Positions 51,951 to 64,000 of a stretch of DNA of 64,000 nt are shown here, piece by piece. The first letter of the stretch is position 1. Each line of letters opens with the position of its first letter. The notes beneath the pieces were generated by a model. It saw nothing but the letters and a program-made list of their open reading frames with translations, was not told the origin of the DNA and made no database searches. Source of the stretch: Vicugna vicugna (Eukaryota); assembly GCA_013265495.1 (NCBI GenBank), contig MU058384.1, forward strand, positions 3,891,239-3,955,238. Reading direction: 5' to 3'. Both the position numbers and the translations under genes were made by a program.

Positions 51951-52699
51951 CTAACACCATCCCCTCAACTGGGTGCTTCTAATCTTCAGTGAGCTGGAAG
52001 ATAGATAACCGAGCTAGTTACATTTGGGTCTGAGTATGAACAAAAAGATTCTGAGGAGGGGAGTGAAAGGAATTTTTAAATCTGCTAACAGGAGATTTTT
52101 TGTTTGTTTGCTTAATATATATAGTTCCTATCTTTGTCCTGTTTAAATAAGGTGTTGGATCATTTAGGGTATCAGTTCTAGCATTTATGGAGCCCTTCTG
52201 AATATACAGGTGTGGAATTACGGGAATACATTGATATTTTAATAACATGCCTCAAAAACTCCTGAAATTAATAGCCAACGTATTTTTTGGCTAGTGCTTA
52301 TACTGTACATAAATTAATTCGTTTTAATGAGGCCGAACTGGAGAATTCTTCGACTTCTTCAGACATTTGGGCAATACTTGAGTAGTAATCACATCCCAGC
52401 CATTGTACCAAACATGAGCACAGAGAAATATGGAAGGCATGTTTATAACCTTCAGTCCCAGTGTTGTGAACCTTGACCTACCTTTCCTGTAGAGTAAGTC
52501 ATGTCCCTCATTGCACCAATAAGATCTATGGAAAAAAAAAAAAGTAGAACAGTACAACAATTGGAAGCACTGAGTCTGTTTTCCTCTTGTTGAGAAGATG
52601 TCCTGTATCCAGTGTCCCTACCGTACTAGCCCTCCTTGGAGGGGAAGCAAGAGGGTTCCACGGATTTGGAGCCACTAGAGCTCTAATTTTTGTTTTAAC

Positions 52700-52951
52700 C
52701 AGACGTAATGTTGCCCTCCACCGCCAGGGAACATTTGGCATTGCCTGAAGACATTTCTTAATGGACTTGACTGTGGGGAATGATGTGTGTGTGTGTCAGT
52801 AGTGTTAGTGGGCAGAACAGGTGGTGGCCAGGGATGCTGCTGAGCATCCCATGATGTACAGAAAAGCCTCATCCCCCTGCCCCCCCCCACCATCCACAGC
52901 AAAGAATTACCCAGTCTAAGATGTCAGTAACATCAAGGCTGAGAAACCCTG
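52700..52951 (+). mobile_element. MER20 (hAT-Charlie)
   Basis: GGGAACATTTGGCATTGCCTGAAGACATTT...GGCCAGGGATGCTGCTGAGCATCC...AAAGAATTACCCAG...GGCTGAGAAACCCTG. Confidence 0.85.
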
Positions 52952-55900
52952 CACTAGAGATATTGTCTATCCAGGCTGCCTTTGCAAAGGTAAACAACTG
53001 GTTGGCAGGAATGACGGTACTTAGCTGTGATGCTAGGTCTCTGGAGGTGTTGGGATGATGCTGGCAGCAACTGGCATTCCACTGGCTTCTGCTAAGTAGT
53101 CTTCAGTTCCAAGGGCATCAAAAAGGTTCATTGCCAAGTGCAGTGGGGGCTTGAACTTATACATCTTAGAGATCCTGTCTGCCCAGTCTCTTTACTGGGT
53201 CAAGTCCTAGCTCAGAGAGGCTTGAAATAATTTATTTTCTTCTAAACATTGTATTTGGTTTTCCAGATTGGGCCTACTGGTCATCCAAACACATTAAATT
53301 AATTGATTTTAATCAAGGTATTCTGGCCCCCATGTCACATTTTTAAATTCTATAAAAGCACAATGAGGACTTGACATGACTTTTTCCCCTCAGTTTCCCC
53401 TCTATGCCCCTAGACAAAAATCCTTCTAAAGACAAACCTAAGGAAATGCTGAATTTGAAGTTTATAGTGCAATTCATCACTGGCTTAAAAAAAAAAACCT
53501 GAGGACCTATATTTAATTTATCCAGAAATAATTCCTCAGACTTTCAGTGTTTATATTTATTCATTCTTCCTCTTTGAAGATCTTCAGAATTTTTCACAAC
53601 TTGCTAAAGCAGGTCAATCTTTCAGACCTTCTGAAGGGCAGCGAAACTTCATTTCATGACTGTTCTCAGCGCAGGGAGTGAAAGAACAGAGGTCTCTCTG
53701 CTTGACTGATTCTAAATGATCGCCTTCTTTAGAGGCATTTTCTATGGGAACAAAATCAGCCATAATCTTCAGGGTTTTAAATGTCATTTTTAATACATCA
53801 GGAAACCAAAAGGTAGAAGAATCTGGAAAAATAATAAATGACATTTGGATGACTTTGGTAAAAAGTTGTTAAAATGTGTTGAATGCATATCCTGTCTGGG
53901 GCCCCAGCTGAGTTTGAATCCCTGAGATTGAACTGATGTTTAACAACCATTTCTTAACCAGGAAAGGCCTCCCCTACTCCCAGCCCACACCCATTTGAGC
54001 CTCACTGGCTCTTTTGAACAGAAGCCTTTCTCAATTTTTACTTGGTTCAGTGAACAAGGTTCCTGTTTAAAAACAGTGGCTGCAGAGTCGTAAGTCTCCT
54101 CACCCTTCTGCCCGTCTTCTGAGTGCACCTCGATCCAGGAGAGAGATGATACTCGGGGTGATTCAAGGGCCCCCTCACTGATTACTTGGTCTTTGCCCCA
54201 CCGAGGAACCCAGATCAGGAAGGAGGAGACATGCAGCTATGTGGCAGCTTATTCAAGAAAGAAGGATTTTAGGATGGACGGCCCTAAGCTGGACTGTAAG
54301 TGCTTGGGCTCAAAATGTAATTCAAAACTCTTAATAAGGCAATGTGGGAATCAGGCAATCTTTAAACCAGTTTTGACAAATTAACACTTTTAACAAGTGA
54401 AAATACAGAGTAGGAAATCTTTTAATAAAGCCTTTTGTTGGGGGTAGGGGAACTTTTTGGCTTTAATGTTCTAAGAAAAAGGAGTAGGGATTTTAATTGA
54501 ATGAAATGATCTTTGTTGTGCTCTGTAGATGATGGATTTAAACTTCTGTCTTGTCCTGCAGCCATGTGATGGCTTCTATGAAAATTCAAGGCAAACTATC
54601 ATTATTCTCTGTTTTCCATGATCACACTTTTTTTCTTTTGGCAAAAACATGAAGTGAAAGCCCTTTAATAACTCCTAGGGACCCCTTAAAGAATGCTGGA
54701 TGTAGGCAGCAGCAGGCTACACACACAATTATGCTGCTCTCCGAAGAACATTTTAGTACGTAATTTATTGATGCTTCCTTACTGCTCTTAATATTTGTAT
54801 CTGGATCAGATCATGAAGATTTTGAGAAACGATTGCTTTTCTATTTTAGAGGGGTATATTTGAGGAGTGCTGGGTTTTTTTTGCTGATTTAAAAAGATCG
54901 TACTTGTCTTGCCTACCTCTTCAGTTTTTATTTAGTTTAGTTTTGGTGTTTTCTTTTCCCATCAGAAACATTGCCTGCATTTTCCTCTTAAATCTCTCCT
55001 CACCAGAATGCTTTCATTTTCATGGCAGGCAAATAAGTGACTCACACACGGGCTTTACAGAAAAAACTATATTCATTGTAATCTTATGCACTGCATTTTG
55101 GAGATGTGTTTTTACCACTGTATTTTCTTCTCTAGAAGTTTCTTTATGTACTAGATGTTTTATCAAGTTTAGTTTTTAAGAGTAATAAAGATGCTTTATT
55201 CACTAAATTACTTGCCCTTTAAAATATTTTCTATCTTCATTTTCATAGATAATTGCAAATTTTTATAATAACACCTCTGGGAAAGAAAGATGTTACATAT
55301 AGTGTCAGTATCCAGTGACCATTAGGAGATGGATTATGGTGTAAATAAGTGATTTGCTTTTGGTGTTTGATGATTATAAAATACAGAGTCAGAGTGGCAT
55401 ATTAGAAATGATTTTAGAGTTGGATCCAAGTCTGCCTTTTAGCTCTGACTTTAGTTCTGTGTTTTTTTAACAAGTTATTTATACTCTGAGAGTGTCAGTA
55501 TTGTCGTTGTACAGTGGGAATAATCTCATTTTCTGTGCTGTTTATACATTAAAAAAGAGGCAAAATGCCTTACCTATGCCTGGTTTCCCAGGAAAAAATC
55601 TGTGTTATTATTGTATGTATTTGTTCAGTTAACTCACCTTTAAATTCAGTTTGTACTTGATGAGTCTGTTTGGTGGAGACATATCTTTCTGTGCAGAAAG
55701 CATGTTTACATACAGTATTCAAATATTAGGATAAGACATAGTTGCATAATGAGCATTGGGTTTCCTAATGAGTTCCTCAAATGCAGTAAAATAAGACTGA
55801 ATCAAATGAAATACACGTTGCTCGTAAGAAAACTGGATAACTATCCAATAGATAGAATTTAAATTGAAGGGGATTTTTTTTTCTAAGCCCAGAAAATGGG

Positions 55901-56199
55901 TCTAAAAATCTTTATGTGGTTTAAAAATACTAACTTTTCCTTGGATGCTGGATCTTGATCTTTTCCAATTTCCATCTTTTAATATGATACTGAGTAGACT
56001 TTAGAAAAGTAGAAAACATAGTAGCTTCATGTTTCTGTAAACTAAAATTTCAATGTAAAAACCATAACTATTTGGGGTAGAGAGGAAAGGGGAACTGTGT
56101 TCTGTACACTTCCCATGGCTCCCCCTGCTCATCCATGGAAGTGCATCCCACTGTGGGAGCAGAACCCGTCTCCACCATCAAGCTGCTCTGAAATACAAT

Positions 56200-56450
56200 A
56201 ATAAAGTGTAAGAGGGACACCCCACCCCCACCCAGGCAAAAACTGCCTTCTATTGTTTTTTGGCCTGTTCTCACCTTAGCACTTGTCACTGGCTCATGCG
56301 TTCATGTTTATCGTGTGTTTATTTCTCACACTGAAGTGGGTGCCCGATGTGGGAAGAGAATTTTGGCGATTTTGTTCACTGCTGTACCCAAGCACCTGCA
56401 ACAGTGCCGGGCAACCAGTAGGCACCTAACCAATTTATCAAATTAATGGA
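56200..56450 (+). mobile_element. LINE2 3' end
   Basis: TTTTGTTCACTGCTGTACCCAAGCACCTGCAACAGTGCCGGGCAACCAGTAGGCACCT. Confidence 0.7.
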
Positions 56451-57019
56451 TCAATCCTTAGTTATCAGTAGGGCAACAAAGTAGGGAAGGCCACACCTAC
56501 TCTCATTATAAAGTACAGAGAATACAACAAAGATACTGTTTTATGTAAAATCAAGTCTCACTGCCCTAGAGCATGCTAATTCTGCAGTTGACAGAACACT
56601 TAGTGTCTCGTTCCAACTTTTGGAAGAAAAAGTCAGCAAGAAATACTACTGTCTTCCATTACAGATGATTAACCAACCATGTGCCAAGAACAGAAAACCA
56701 AAAAGTTTACTTCCTTCATGAAAAAATAGTTAAATTAAGGGCTCTAGAAAAATAATTCTGTGATAAATGCCAAGTCACAGGCCAAAGACGCTCCCTTCCT
56801 CTGAGCCCTGGGCGAGGTCAGTGCTCTGCTCAGGAGGAACCACCCCTCCACACACTCTGGAAAGTCACACAGCCTGGCGCACTCAAGCTCATTTTCCAGG
56901 AATTCTATGTAAGTGTATGTTTTAGAAGCTAAAGATCTTGTTAAACAAGGCTTTCACAAAGCACTAGCCATTCTCAAAGTTACATTGCATCTATACCTCT
57001 ATCAAAAAGACAAATTGCT

Positions 57020-57180
57020 TTACAAAATAAACAAGGTCCTACTGTATAGCACAGGGAACTATATTCAGTATCTTGTAATAACCTATAATAAAAAGGAATA
57101 TATATGTATAACTGAATCACTGTGTATACCAGAAACTAATACAACATTGTAAATCAGCTATACTTCAATTTAAAAAAAAA
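57020..57180 (+). mobile_element. L1 3' UTR terminal fragment with A tail
   Basis: AAACAAGGTCCTACTGTATAGCACAGGGAACTATATTCAGTATCTTGTAATAACC...ACAACATTGTAAATCAGCTATACTTCAATTTAAAAAAAAA. Confidence 0.85.
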
Positions 57181-57589
57181 TTATTGTACTTTAGAGTCAA
57201 AAGACCAAGTTTTAAAACTCAGCTCTAACACTGTCTTGTATGGCCACAGGCCAGTCCCATTTGACCTCTCTGAGCCTCAGCCTGCCCTCCTCCCGCCGTA
57301 AAGTGGCAGCAGTCCTACCTGCTATAATCAAGTTAGGAGTTTATACACAAGAAAGTGATTTATAATCCATTAAGCAAATTACAATGTTACTTGAATACAT
57401 ACTAAAATACAGTGCAAGTTCTTTCCTTAAATAAGAATTTTAAATACTTGACTTTATATATATTCTGTATTTGTCAGAATATCATTAATTAGGGGAGAGG
57501 AATCCCACCAAAACAGTAAAAAAAAAAAAAAAAAAGACGAAGGTACAATTTTTAATGTATTTGAAAAAAGAAATCTAGCAAACACTATG

Positions 57590-57810
57590 GCATATAGGTT
57601 AAGATACTAGGTTCTAATGTCAAATTGATGTGGATTTTATTCATGATTTAGCCATTTATGTTGGACAGATTTCTTAAGTTTTTTGAGCTCAGCTTCCATC
57701 TCTGGGGAGAGTACTACCTAAATTGCAGACTTACTGTAAGGAATAAATTGAGGGGAAATGCTTAAAGCATCTAGTGTCGTCTAGAACATAGTGTTCAATA
57801 AATGGAAATT
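57590..57810 (+). mobile_element. MIR SINE
   Basis: GAGCTCAGCTTCCATCT...TGTAAGGAATAAATTGAG...ACATAGTGTTCAATAAATG. Confidence 0.7.
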
Positions 57811-59049
57811 GTGTTTGTGGTTATTTTAATTCTTTATAAATATCATTGGGTGTATTCTTTTCCTTTTAAATAAATGATAACAAACTTATCTTAAAATATA
57901 TTAATCAGCCTCTGTTACTCTGTATAGAAATCTATTAGAAATTTTCCTAAAGGAAATGATTCTCTGATTTTTTTCAGAGCTTTTACTTTTCTGAGCCTGA
58001 TGATTACTTAGATTAGGTGGTCTTTGAAATTTTTAATACAATTTAAATACAATTAACTCAATACAATTTAAGTTTTCAAATATGATCATTCACTCACCTA
58101 AACCTCCTGAGATTTCAAAGTATGTTAGGTTAAATGGAGTTGAACTTGGCCCTCCATAACAAAACACACGGGTATTCATAAAGAGCAGGGGCATATTAAA
58201 GGCTAGTTTAAAATCCTTTTTCTAGGAAATGTGTGTTGCTAGTGAATCTACAGGAAGGGTATCAAGGCAACAACACATATGATCACACAACCTAGAGATA
58301 TTAAAATTCCAAGATTTATTTTTCATAGTCTAAGATGTAAACTATATATTAAAAATCACCAATTCTTTCTCAGCATTTCATTGAGTCATTGAATTGACTG
58401 TTCCCTGAACTGACATTTTAGTACTGAAATGCAAGCATCAGTGTATGGTCTTGACAATATAATTTATTTTTCTTATCAGAACCTCCAGGCGACATGAATA
58501 AATACATTTCAATTGAACTATAGGCAAATTTCAAAACTTGGTTTAAAATTTTAGTACATGAGAATCATTCTCCACTAGAAGGTACTTTTCTATAAGACCT
58601 ATTCTATTTTAAAAGATAATGCCAATATCCATTTCTGTATAGTAATCTGGTTATATAAATGTATTCTTAATGTCTAATCACAGACAAAATAAAATAACCT
58701 GAATAGCTAATAACGTATGAAGGACAAAGAAGGTAAAAGTTAATATTTAAGCTTTTCACTTACTTGATTTAATATTAACAATGCATAGTTTTCATGTTTT
58801 TCTGTAACTCAATGATTATAAAGTCCTGAGTCAAAGATTAACATTTTATATAACATTTCATTAAAAGTATTAAGAATTCTTGCTTTGAATTTTTTATTTT
58901 ACTTCTGATACTCAAAAATACATAATTTAAATATATAAGCATTTAGGTGTGATGTTTTTGTGATTCAGTGTTCTCAATACTAGCCAACAGCCACAATCAA
59001 CTTAAACAAAACAAGAATGTCATTTAGGGATTTTAGTTGGTTTCAGTAG

Positions 59050-59397
59050 ATACCATTTTAACAAAGGAAAGGGGGTTTGGGCTTCAAGAGATGATAAACT
59101 GTGGGGAAGTGACTGGGAAATAGAGCTAGTGAAAGATAAGGGTTAATGTAGTAAGGTTTGTTTATGCAAACTCATCTCTTGTCTCTGGGGATGAGTCGCT
59201 CTCCTCTTTCTGATACAGGAGAAGGGGACACTGTCACAAAGGAAATTACTGCCTTGATTTTAGGCAGATGGGAGAGGGGTGGCAGGTGTGTATGCAGAGA
59301 CTTCTTTATACTGTTGGTTCTCAGTTGCCTTCAATTGAAAATAATACTTAATACCAAAGTGGCACCTTTTGAAATGATATGTGGTGTTGCCCTTCAT
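59050..59397 (-). mobile_element. MER34/MER39-like ERV1 LTR fragment
   Basis: TTGCCTTCAATTGAAAATAATACTTAATACCAAAGTGGCAC...CCCTTCA terminus; GTAAGGTTTGTTTATGCA. Confidence 0.65.
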
Positions 59398-59960
59398 GGT
59401 ACTCTAAAGGACATCTTTAGGTGTAAGCTGTATTTTAGATTATTTCCTTAAGATAGAGTCTTAGAAGTAGAATTATGGAGTTGATAGTTTTAAACCATTT
59501 AACAGCAGTAGATTCATACTACTAAATTCCTTTCTTAGAATTATGCCAATATAGTGTAACTCGAATACTGTCGCTTTCTGCTCCACATATTTTCAGGTTT
59601 TCAGTGCTACATTTGGACGCACATGTCTAATATTCCTCTTCAGGGTCCACACTAGATGAAAAATGAGGAATATCCCACCAAAGATTCAGAAAGGGGTAGT
59701 CCTAACCATAGGTGAAGCTAGTTCCAATATTCATGACTCTGCACTGTGGTTGTAAGGGGTTGCATAAACTGAAGCAAATGCTTGTCTCCAGGTATCCCGT
59801 CTACCAACTGAATTTAACATCTCAAATAATCACAAGTAGACCTCTTTGGATGAGGGGTAATGGAAGATATCTTTAATGCAAATAGATCACTTGGTTGGGA
59901 TTAAATCTTCATGAGCTATTCAGCCCTAAATCCAAATTAGCACTTGATTGCCAATGGGAC

Positions 59961-60600
59961 TGAAACCAAGCAGGATCTTGTGTGGCCTTCCTGGGACAGA
60001 TCTCCCCACTCCTCCATCTCTTACTTGTACAAAAGCTTTAGCGTCCTAGGCCTTCTCTGAGTTCTAAAGAGCAAATTTAGTCTGAGAAGTGAAAAAATGC
60101 AGAAACAAAGGGAAGCAGTCAAGCAAGACAAAATAATAGTTTAGCCATGAAACAAAATCAAAGACCTTTAGTTCCTTCTCAAGGGCTATAGGTAATATCC
60201 TGAGCCATAGCCTTGAATTTTACAGATACTAAAACCCCTACCAGGTGGAGGAAGTTAACTGTATGTTGACCATACACCATACACCAATACGTAGACCCCA
60301 GACTGGTTACAGCCAGAAAACTGGTAATTGAGATTCTCAAAATACCACTCTGTTACCTCACTAGCAACCAGTTTGAGCACTGTGCACCAGCTGATCACTC
60401 ACCACAGGACCCACTCCCTCAAACTATCTTTAAAAATCTTTCCCTGAAAGCCTTTAGGGAGTTTGGGTCTTTTGAGCATGAGCACCCATTCTCCTTGCTT
60501 GGCATCCTACAACAAAGGCTGTGCCGTCCTTCACCACAGTGTCAGCAGATTGGCTTTGCTGCACTTTGGGCGAGTAGATCCAGGTTCACTGGATTTTTCA
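59961..60600 (+). mobile_element. ERV1-type solo LTR, sense to the host gene
   Basis: Starts TGAAACCAAGCAGG. U3/R-like motifs CTTTAAAAATCTTTCCCTGAAAGCC, GGGAGTTTGGGTCTTTTGAGCATGAGC, CTCCTTGCTTGGC, GATTGGCTTTGCTG. Confidence 0.7.
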
Positions 60601-61399
60601 GAAGGCATAGTATGATACATGCAAATCAAGGAATTTTAGAGCTGTCACCTTCAGCTAATTACCATTGGGTAGACTCTTAAGTGCATTTGAAAACTCTGAA
60701 GCATCTTAAATTTATTATAAATTAATGACCTAGGATGTTTATTAATTATTAAGCTTTGTTGAAATATGCTGGGTATTGTACACAGGGTTTACAGCCAGTA
60801 GCTGTTCATCAGAACATTTCAAAATTACACCCATGAGAAAAGCAGAAAGGTTTTTACCTCCATGCATTTGCAGTTGCTTGTTAGGTTAGCAGTAATCTTC
60901 AAAACACAAGACATTGATTTATGCTCTTTAGCTTTGCCTCTTCCGAGATTTAGCTTCTTTGAAGAAAAGTCATGTTTCTAAAAGCCCCTCTTAAAAATAA
61001 TTCAATACTTAAGATACTGATTTTATATTGAAGTGTTAAGTTCTTAATTTTTAGTTAGATAGGTAAAAAAGTATTCCATGGTGGGAATTAGATTCCATTA
61101 AAAAAATCTGCATTTATATGGTAGAGGTGAAAGTGTTATTTAAAAACTAATTAAATGAAGAAATTTCCTCAGAAATAAATTTTGGATTCTAAATTGTTTC
61201 AGTTATAATATTTTTCTATCTAGAGTTGTATCCAGAATTGTGTTAGTTAGAAAGACAAAAGCTTTAAAAGAAGCCACATGGGATTTTGAATAGTAGCATT
61301 TATTCAGCTTCCTGTGTTATATTCCTCCATAGAATGTGTCCTTGTCTTGCAGAGCTGTTATCTCAGTTGAAAGCGTGACATTCATGGGTGCGATCATTC

Positions 61400-61530
61400 T
61401 TCTACGGCCTGCCTCCCTGTAGCCTGTAAGTTCCATATGGGTAGAACCGTGCCTGCTTCTGCCCACCGTTATATCCCCAGTGCTTAGCATGTTGGATGTA
61501 GGCAGTCTGTAAGCAGTGGATGGATGGAGT
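61400..61530 (+). mobile_element. LINE2 3' end
   Basis: CTGTAAGTTCCATATGGGTAGAACCGTGCCTG...ATATCCCCAGTGCTTAGCA. Confidence 0.6.
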
Positions 61531-62326
61531 AAAGGTATGGGGAAGGATTATTTTAGTCATTCTAACATTCCATGAAGTTTCTTTAAAAAGTAGTCTTTAA
61601 AGTGCGTTTCCTCTCTCAGCATCTGATTGAAAGGATTGCTTCATTACTTTTTCATCCTGCATCTCTGTCAGGCATTGCTATAGCACTAATTTGTAGAATA
61701 GGAATATTATGAAAGAAATTCATTGTCCTTTTACAGTTATGGCCTTTTAAAAGGCTTGACTCTCATCACACAAAGGTTTAAGTAATAGTCTTGCCGAAAG
61801 GACCTTATTGAAAGTAAAGTTTATAAAGATTTTTCCAGCACAGAACCTGTTATTTCCGAAACCTGTTTATTCCTTCATAAGTCTTAAAACAACATATTTC
61901 TAATTCCTTGGACATCTTGTCCTTTAAAAAAAATACTGTGTTTTAGCACAGCATGATATGAAGGTATTGCTTAATAGCTTTAGGTGATGAGTTCCAGGGA
62001 AAATTGACATAAAAGAACAGTATTTTTTCAATTTTTGTTAAGCACCACTTACTGAAGTATTTCAAAATGATGCTTATTCAGCCAATCTCTGAGGCTTTAA
62101 ATTTAGCCTTAATTATTTTAGTTAAAGATGTATTATAAAATGTAAGTATATATCTTAGTTGAGTTAATATTAAAACACATCTCTACTGCTTGACAAAAGG
62201 AAAGAGAAGCTCTGAATAAAGAAATCCTCTGTTTCAGTTTTTTAAATTTATGTTTGTGGTATATGTGTAGAGAAGTATGTATGTTAGTTTAAAATACTCT
62301 GGTTTATGATGTAAATATATCAGGGC

Positions 62327-62347
62327 TGTGTGTGTGTGTGTGTGTGT
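62327..62347. repeat. (TG)10 microsatellite
   Basis: Read directly from sequence. Confidence 0.95.
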
Positions 62348-63439
62348 ATGTTTAGCCTTAGCTGTTATTCAGTGTAGAAATGAGCGTTAAGACATTCAAA
62401 ACAGATCGAGTATATCCAAGCAAATTAACTTTCTAGAGTGGAGGTGTCTAATACTTCTAAAGTTGAGGATTAACTGTAAAAGCAGGTTCTACAGAAGACA
62501 GTGTGGTTCATTGCACAGCTCTCTATTAGTCTGACTTAATATAAGAATAGATTTTAGATTACGTACAAGAATTAGTCTACTGTATATTGCCCATAAATAT
62601 AGTGTCTTGTAACTGAGCTTGTGTTGGCTGCTGAGTGACTGAGTACGAGATCTACTCCTTGGCAGGTTTCTGGATTTCAGTCTGTGTTGTCAGTTAATAG
62701 TGGAATCACATGAGTTAACTAGCAGTTGACCTTGGGGGAGGGTTCATCTGATCACATGAAAACTGAGAGACCTAACAAGGATGTAGGCTTGAACAATTAG
62801 TCAGCACATCTTACCTGTAGAAAGTACCCATGGGTAGGGCCAAACTTCTTCGAGACTAATTTTATACTGGGTCATTTGCTGAATTTCTATTCATTGAAGT
62901 CTCAAAATTGAAGCTTCAAGTAGCAGGACTAATACAAGTTTAGGCTAGAAAATTTTTTTTAGAAATCTTAATGAAGTGTCCATGGAATGCCAAATGCCCT
63001 GAGCTTTAACCCTTGAGCTTTATTTTTCTTTCTGAAAATAATTAGATAGTTGAAGGCCATTGTTTAAATCTATTATTATATCATGTGGTAGGGGTCGTGT
63101 TTGTATAAAAAGGAATATTTGCCTTTCTGTTCTTTGACGGGCTTAATAACTTATCCAAAAATGGTATCAAATTTTTAAGGAATATGTATTAAAACAGTGC
63201 AGTTCTGTACCACTGAAAATTAAGTAATGCATAAAGAGATGCTTCCTATTGACATTGACTCTGCCATACAAACCCTGAATAAGTATCAGTAGCTTGTGTT
63301 GAGTGTATATAATTTAGCTTATAACAAATGCCAGTCCATGGATTCAAAGGATAAATACAGGTCCTAAAATGATTCAAACTTTATTGCTTCTGGAAGATCT
63401 CACCATAAAGCAGTAAAGAACTTAAAGTAACATAAAGTA

Positions 63440-63625
63440 CAGTGGTTCTCAGCTTTGGTTTACATCCATTTCAACCATGATGCTTGTTAAAAGTGAAGAT
63501 TCCCAGGCCCTACCCCTACAGCTTCAAGTTCTATAGGTCTAAGGTGGGGCATAAAAATCTGCATTTTTAACAAATAACCAGATGTTTCTGATGGAGGTTC
63601 ATGGGCCATACTCTAAGAAACATTG
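63440..63625. mobile_element. MER5A-like (hAT-Charlie)
   Basis: CAGTGGTTCTCA...GATTCCCAGGCCCTACCCC...AATCTGCATTTTTAACAA...AGAAACATTG. Confidence 0.8.
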
Positions 63626-64000
63626 GTTGGCCTTCAGACACTTTTGCTGGCATGAAGCATAGAAGAAATTTGAAAAATTACATGCCACTTTATAGATTTA
63701 CAAATTGAAATCCAAAATTATTTATTTTAAAATAGTTTAAATCGTTTCAAAGGATCTAATTTTAGAAAGTTGCATAGTTTATGCATGCTTTAAATACATC
63801 TTTATCAAAAGTTGGAAGCTACAGATTTAGCTCATTTATTTTATCAAAAAAATCTTGATTGCACAATTAGCCATATCCTACTTGTTATAAAAGGTCTGAC
63901 TTCATTTTTCAGTTCAAATAAGTATATTTTGTGCCTTATGACAAATAACACATTAATATAGATGGACAGGCAAAGCAAACCTTTTTACTTGTGTAGTGAT

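Larger units (their letters stand above)
11730..64000 (+). other. MAP7: MAP7 intron downstream of the alternative first exon (continues beyond the window)
   Basis: GT at 11730. I found no exon encoding PDSYKVQDKK by eye in the remaining 52 kb, which is repeat-rich; consistent with the very long first intron of MAP7. Confidence 0.7.

Noticed and set aside
58034..58071. Three AATACAATT copies (and other short direct repeats) as a structured array
   Set aside because: Short AT-rich slippage repeats without regular unique spacers; CRISPR-type arrays are not expected in mammalian DNA.
59644..59711. Exon-like segment CAG|GGTCC...CATAG|GTGAAG
   Set aside because: Stop codons in all three frames and lies between repeats.
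87..60680. The 60-140 aa ORFs in the ORF track as genes
   Set aside because: Short, many start at TTG/GTG, low-complexity or repeat-derived, with no recognisable domains; expected noise in intronic DNA.

Overview
Mammalian, AT-rich, mostly intronic DNA. A tRNA-derived Vic-1-like SINE and artiodactyl-type L1 3' ends point to a camelid. The only well-supported coding segment is a 133-nt first coding exon on the + strand (11597-11729, MPGSATALRQERLKKTNARPVPLGLFTINEEDEQQKNGNSRRPK, phase-1 donor). It is too short for the ORF track. I recognise it from memory as the alternative N-terminus of MAP7 (ensconsin/E-MAP-115), so the window most likely lies in the long first intron of MAP7 and holds an internal promoter; exon 2 is not in the window. 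The rest is repeats (MIR, L2, L1, MaLR/ERVL/ERV1 LTRs, MER DNA transposons) and microsatellites, plus a near-pristine 3'-truncated tailless 5S rRNA retrocopy with a 16-bp target-site duplication. Best leads: a PP2A-B56 LxxIxE docking motif unique to this N-terminus, a second donor in the promoter that could yield another N-terminus or a uORF, a frame-preserving 9-nt microexon candidate, a near-perfect RFX X-box, the 5S retrocopy, and a twin-primed inverted mini-L1. No database searches were run; repeat subfamilies and boundaries are approximate.
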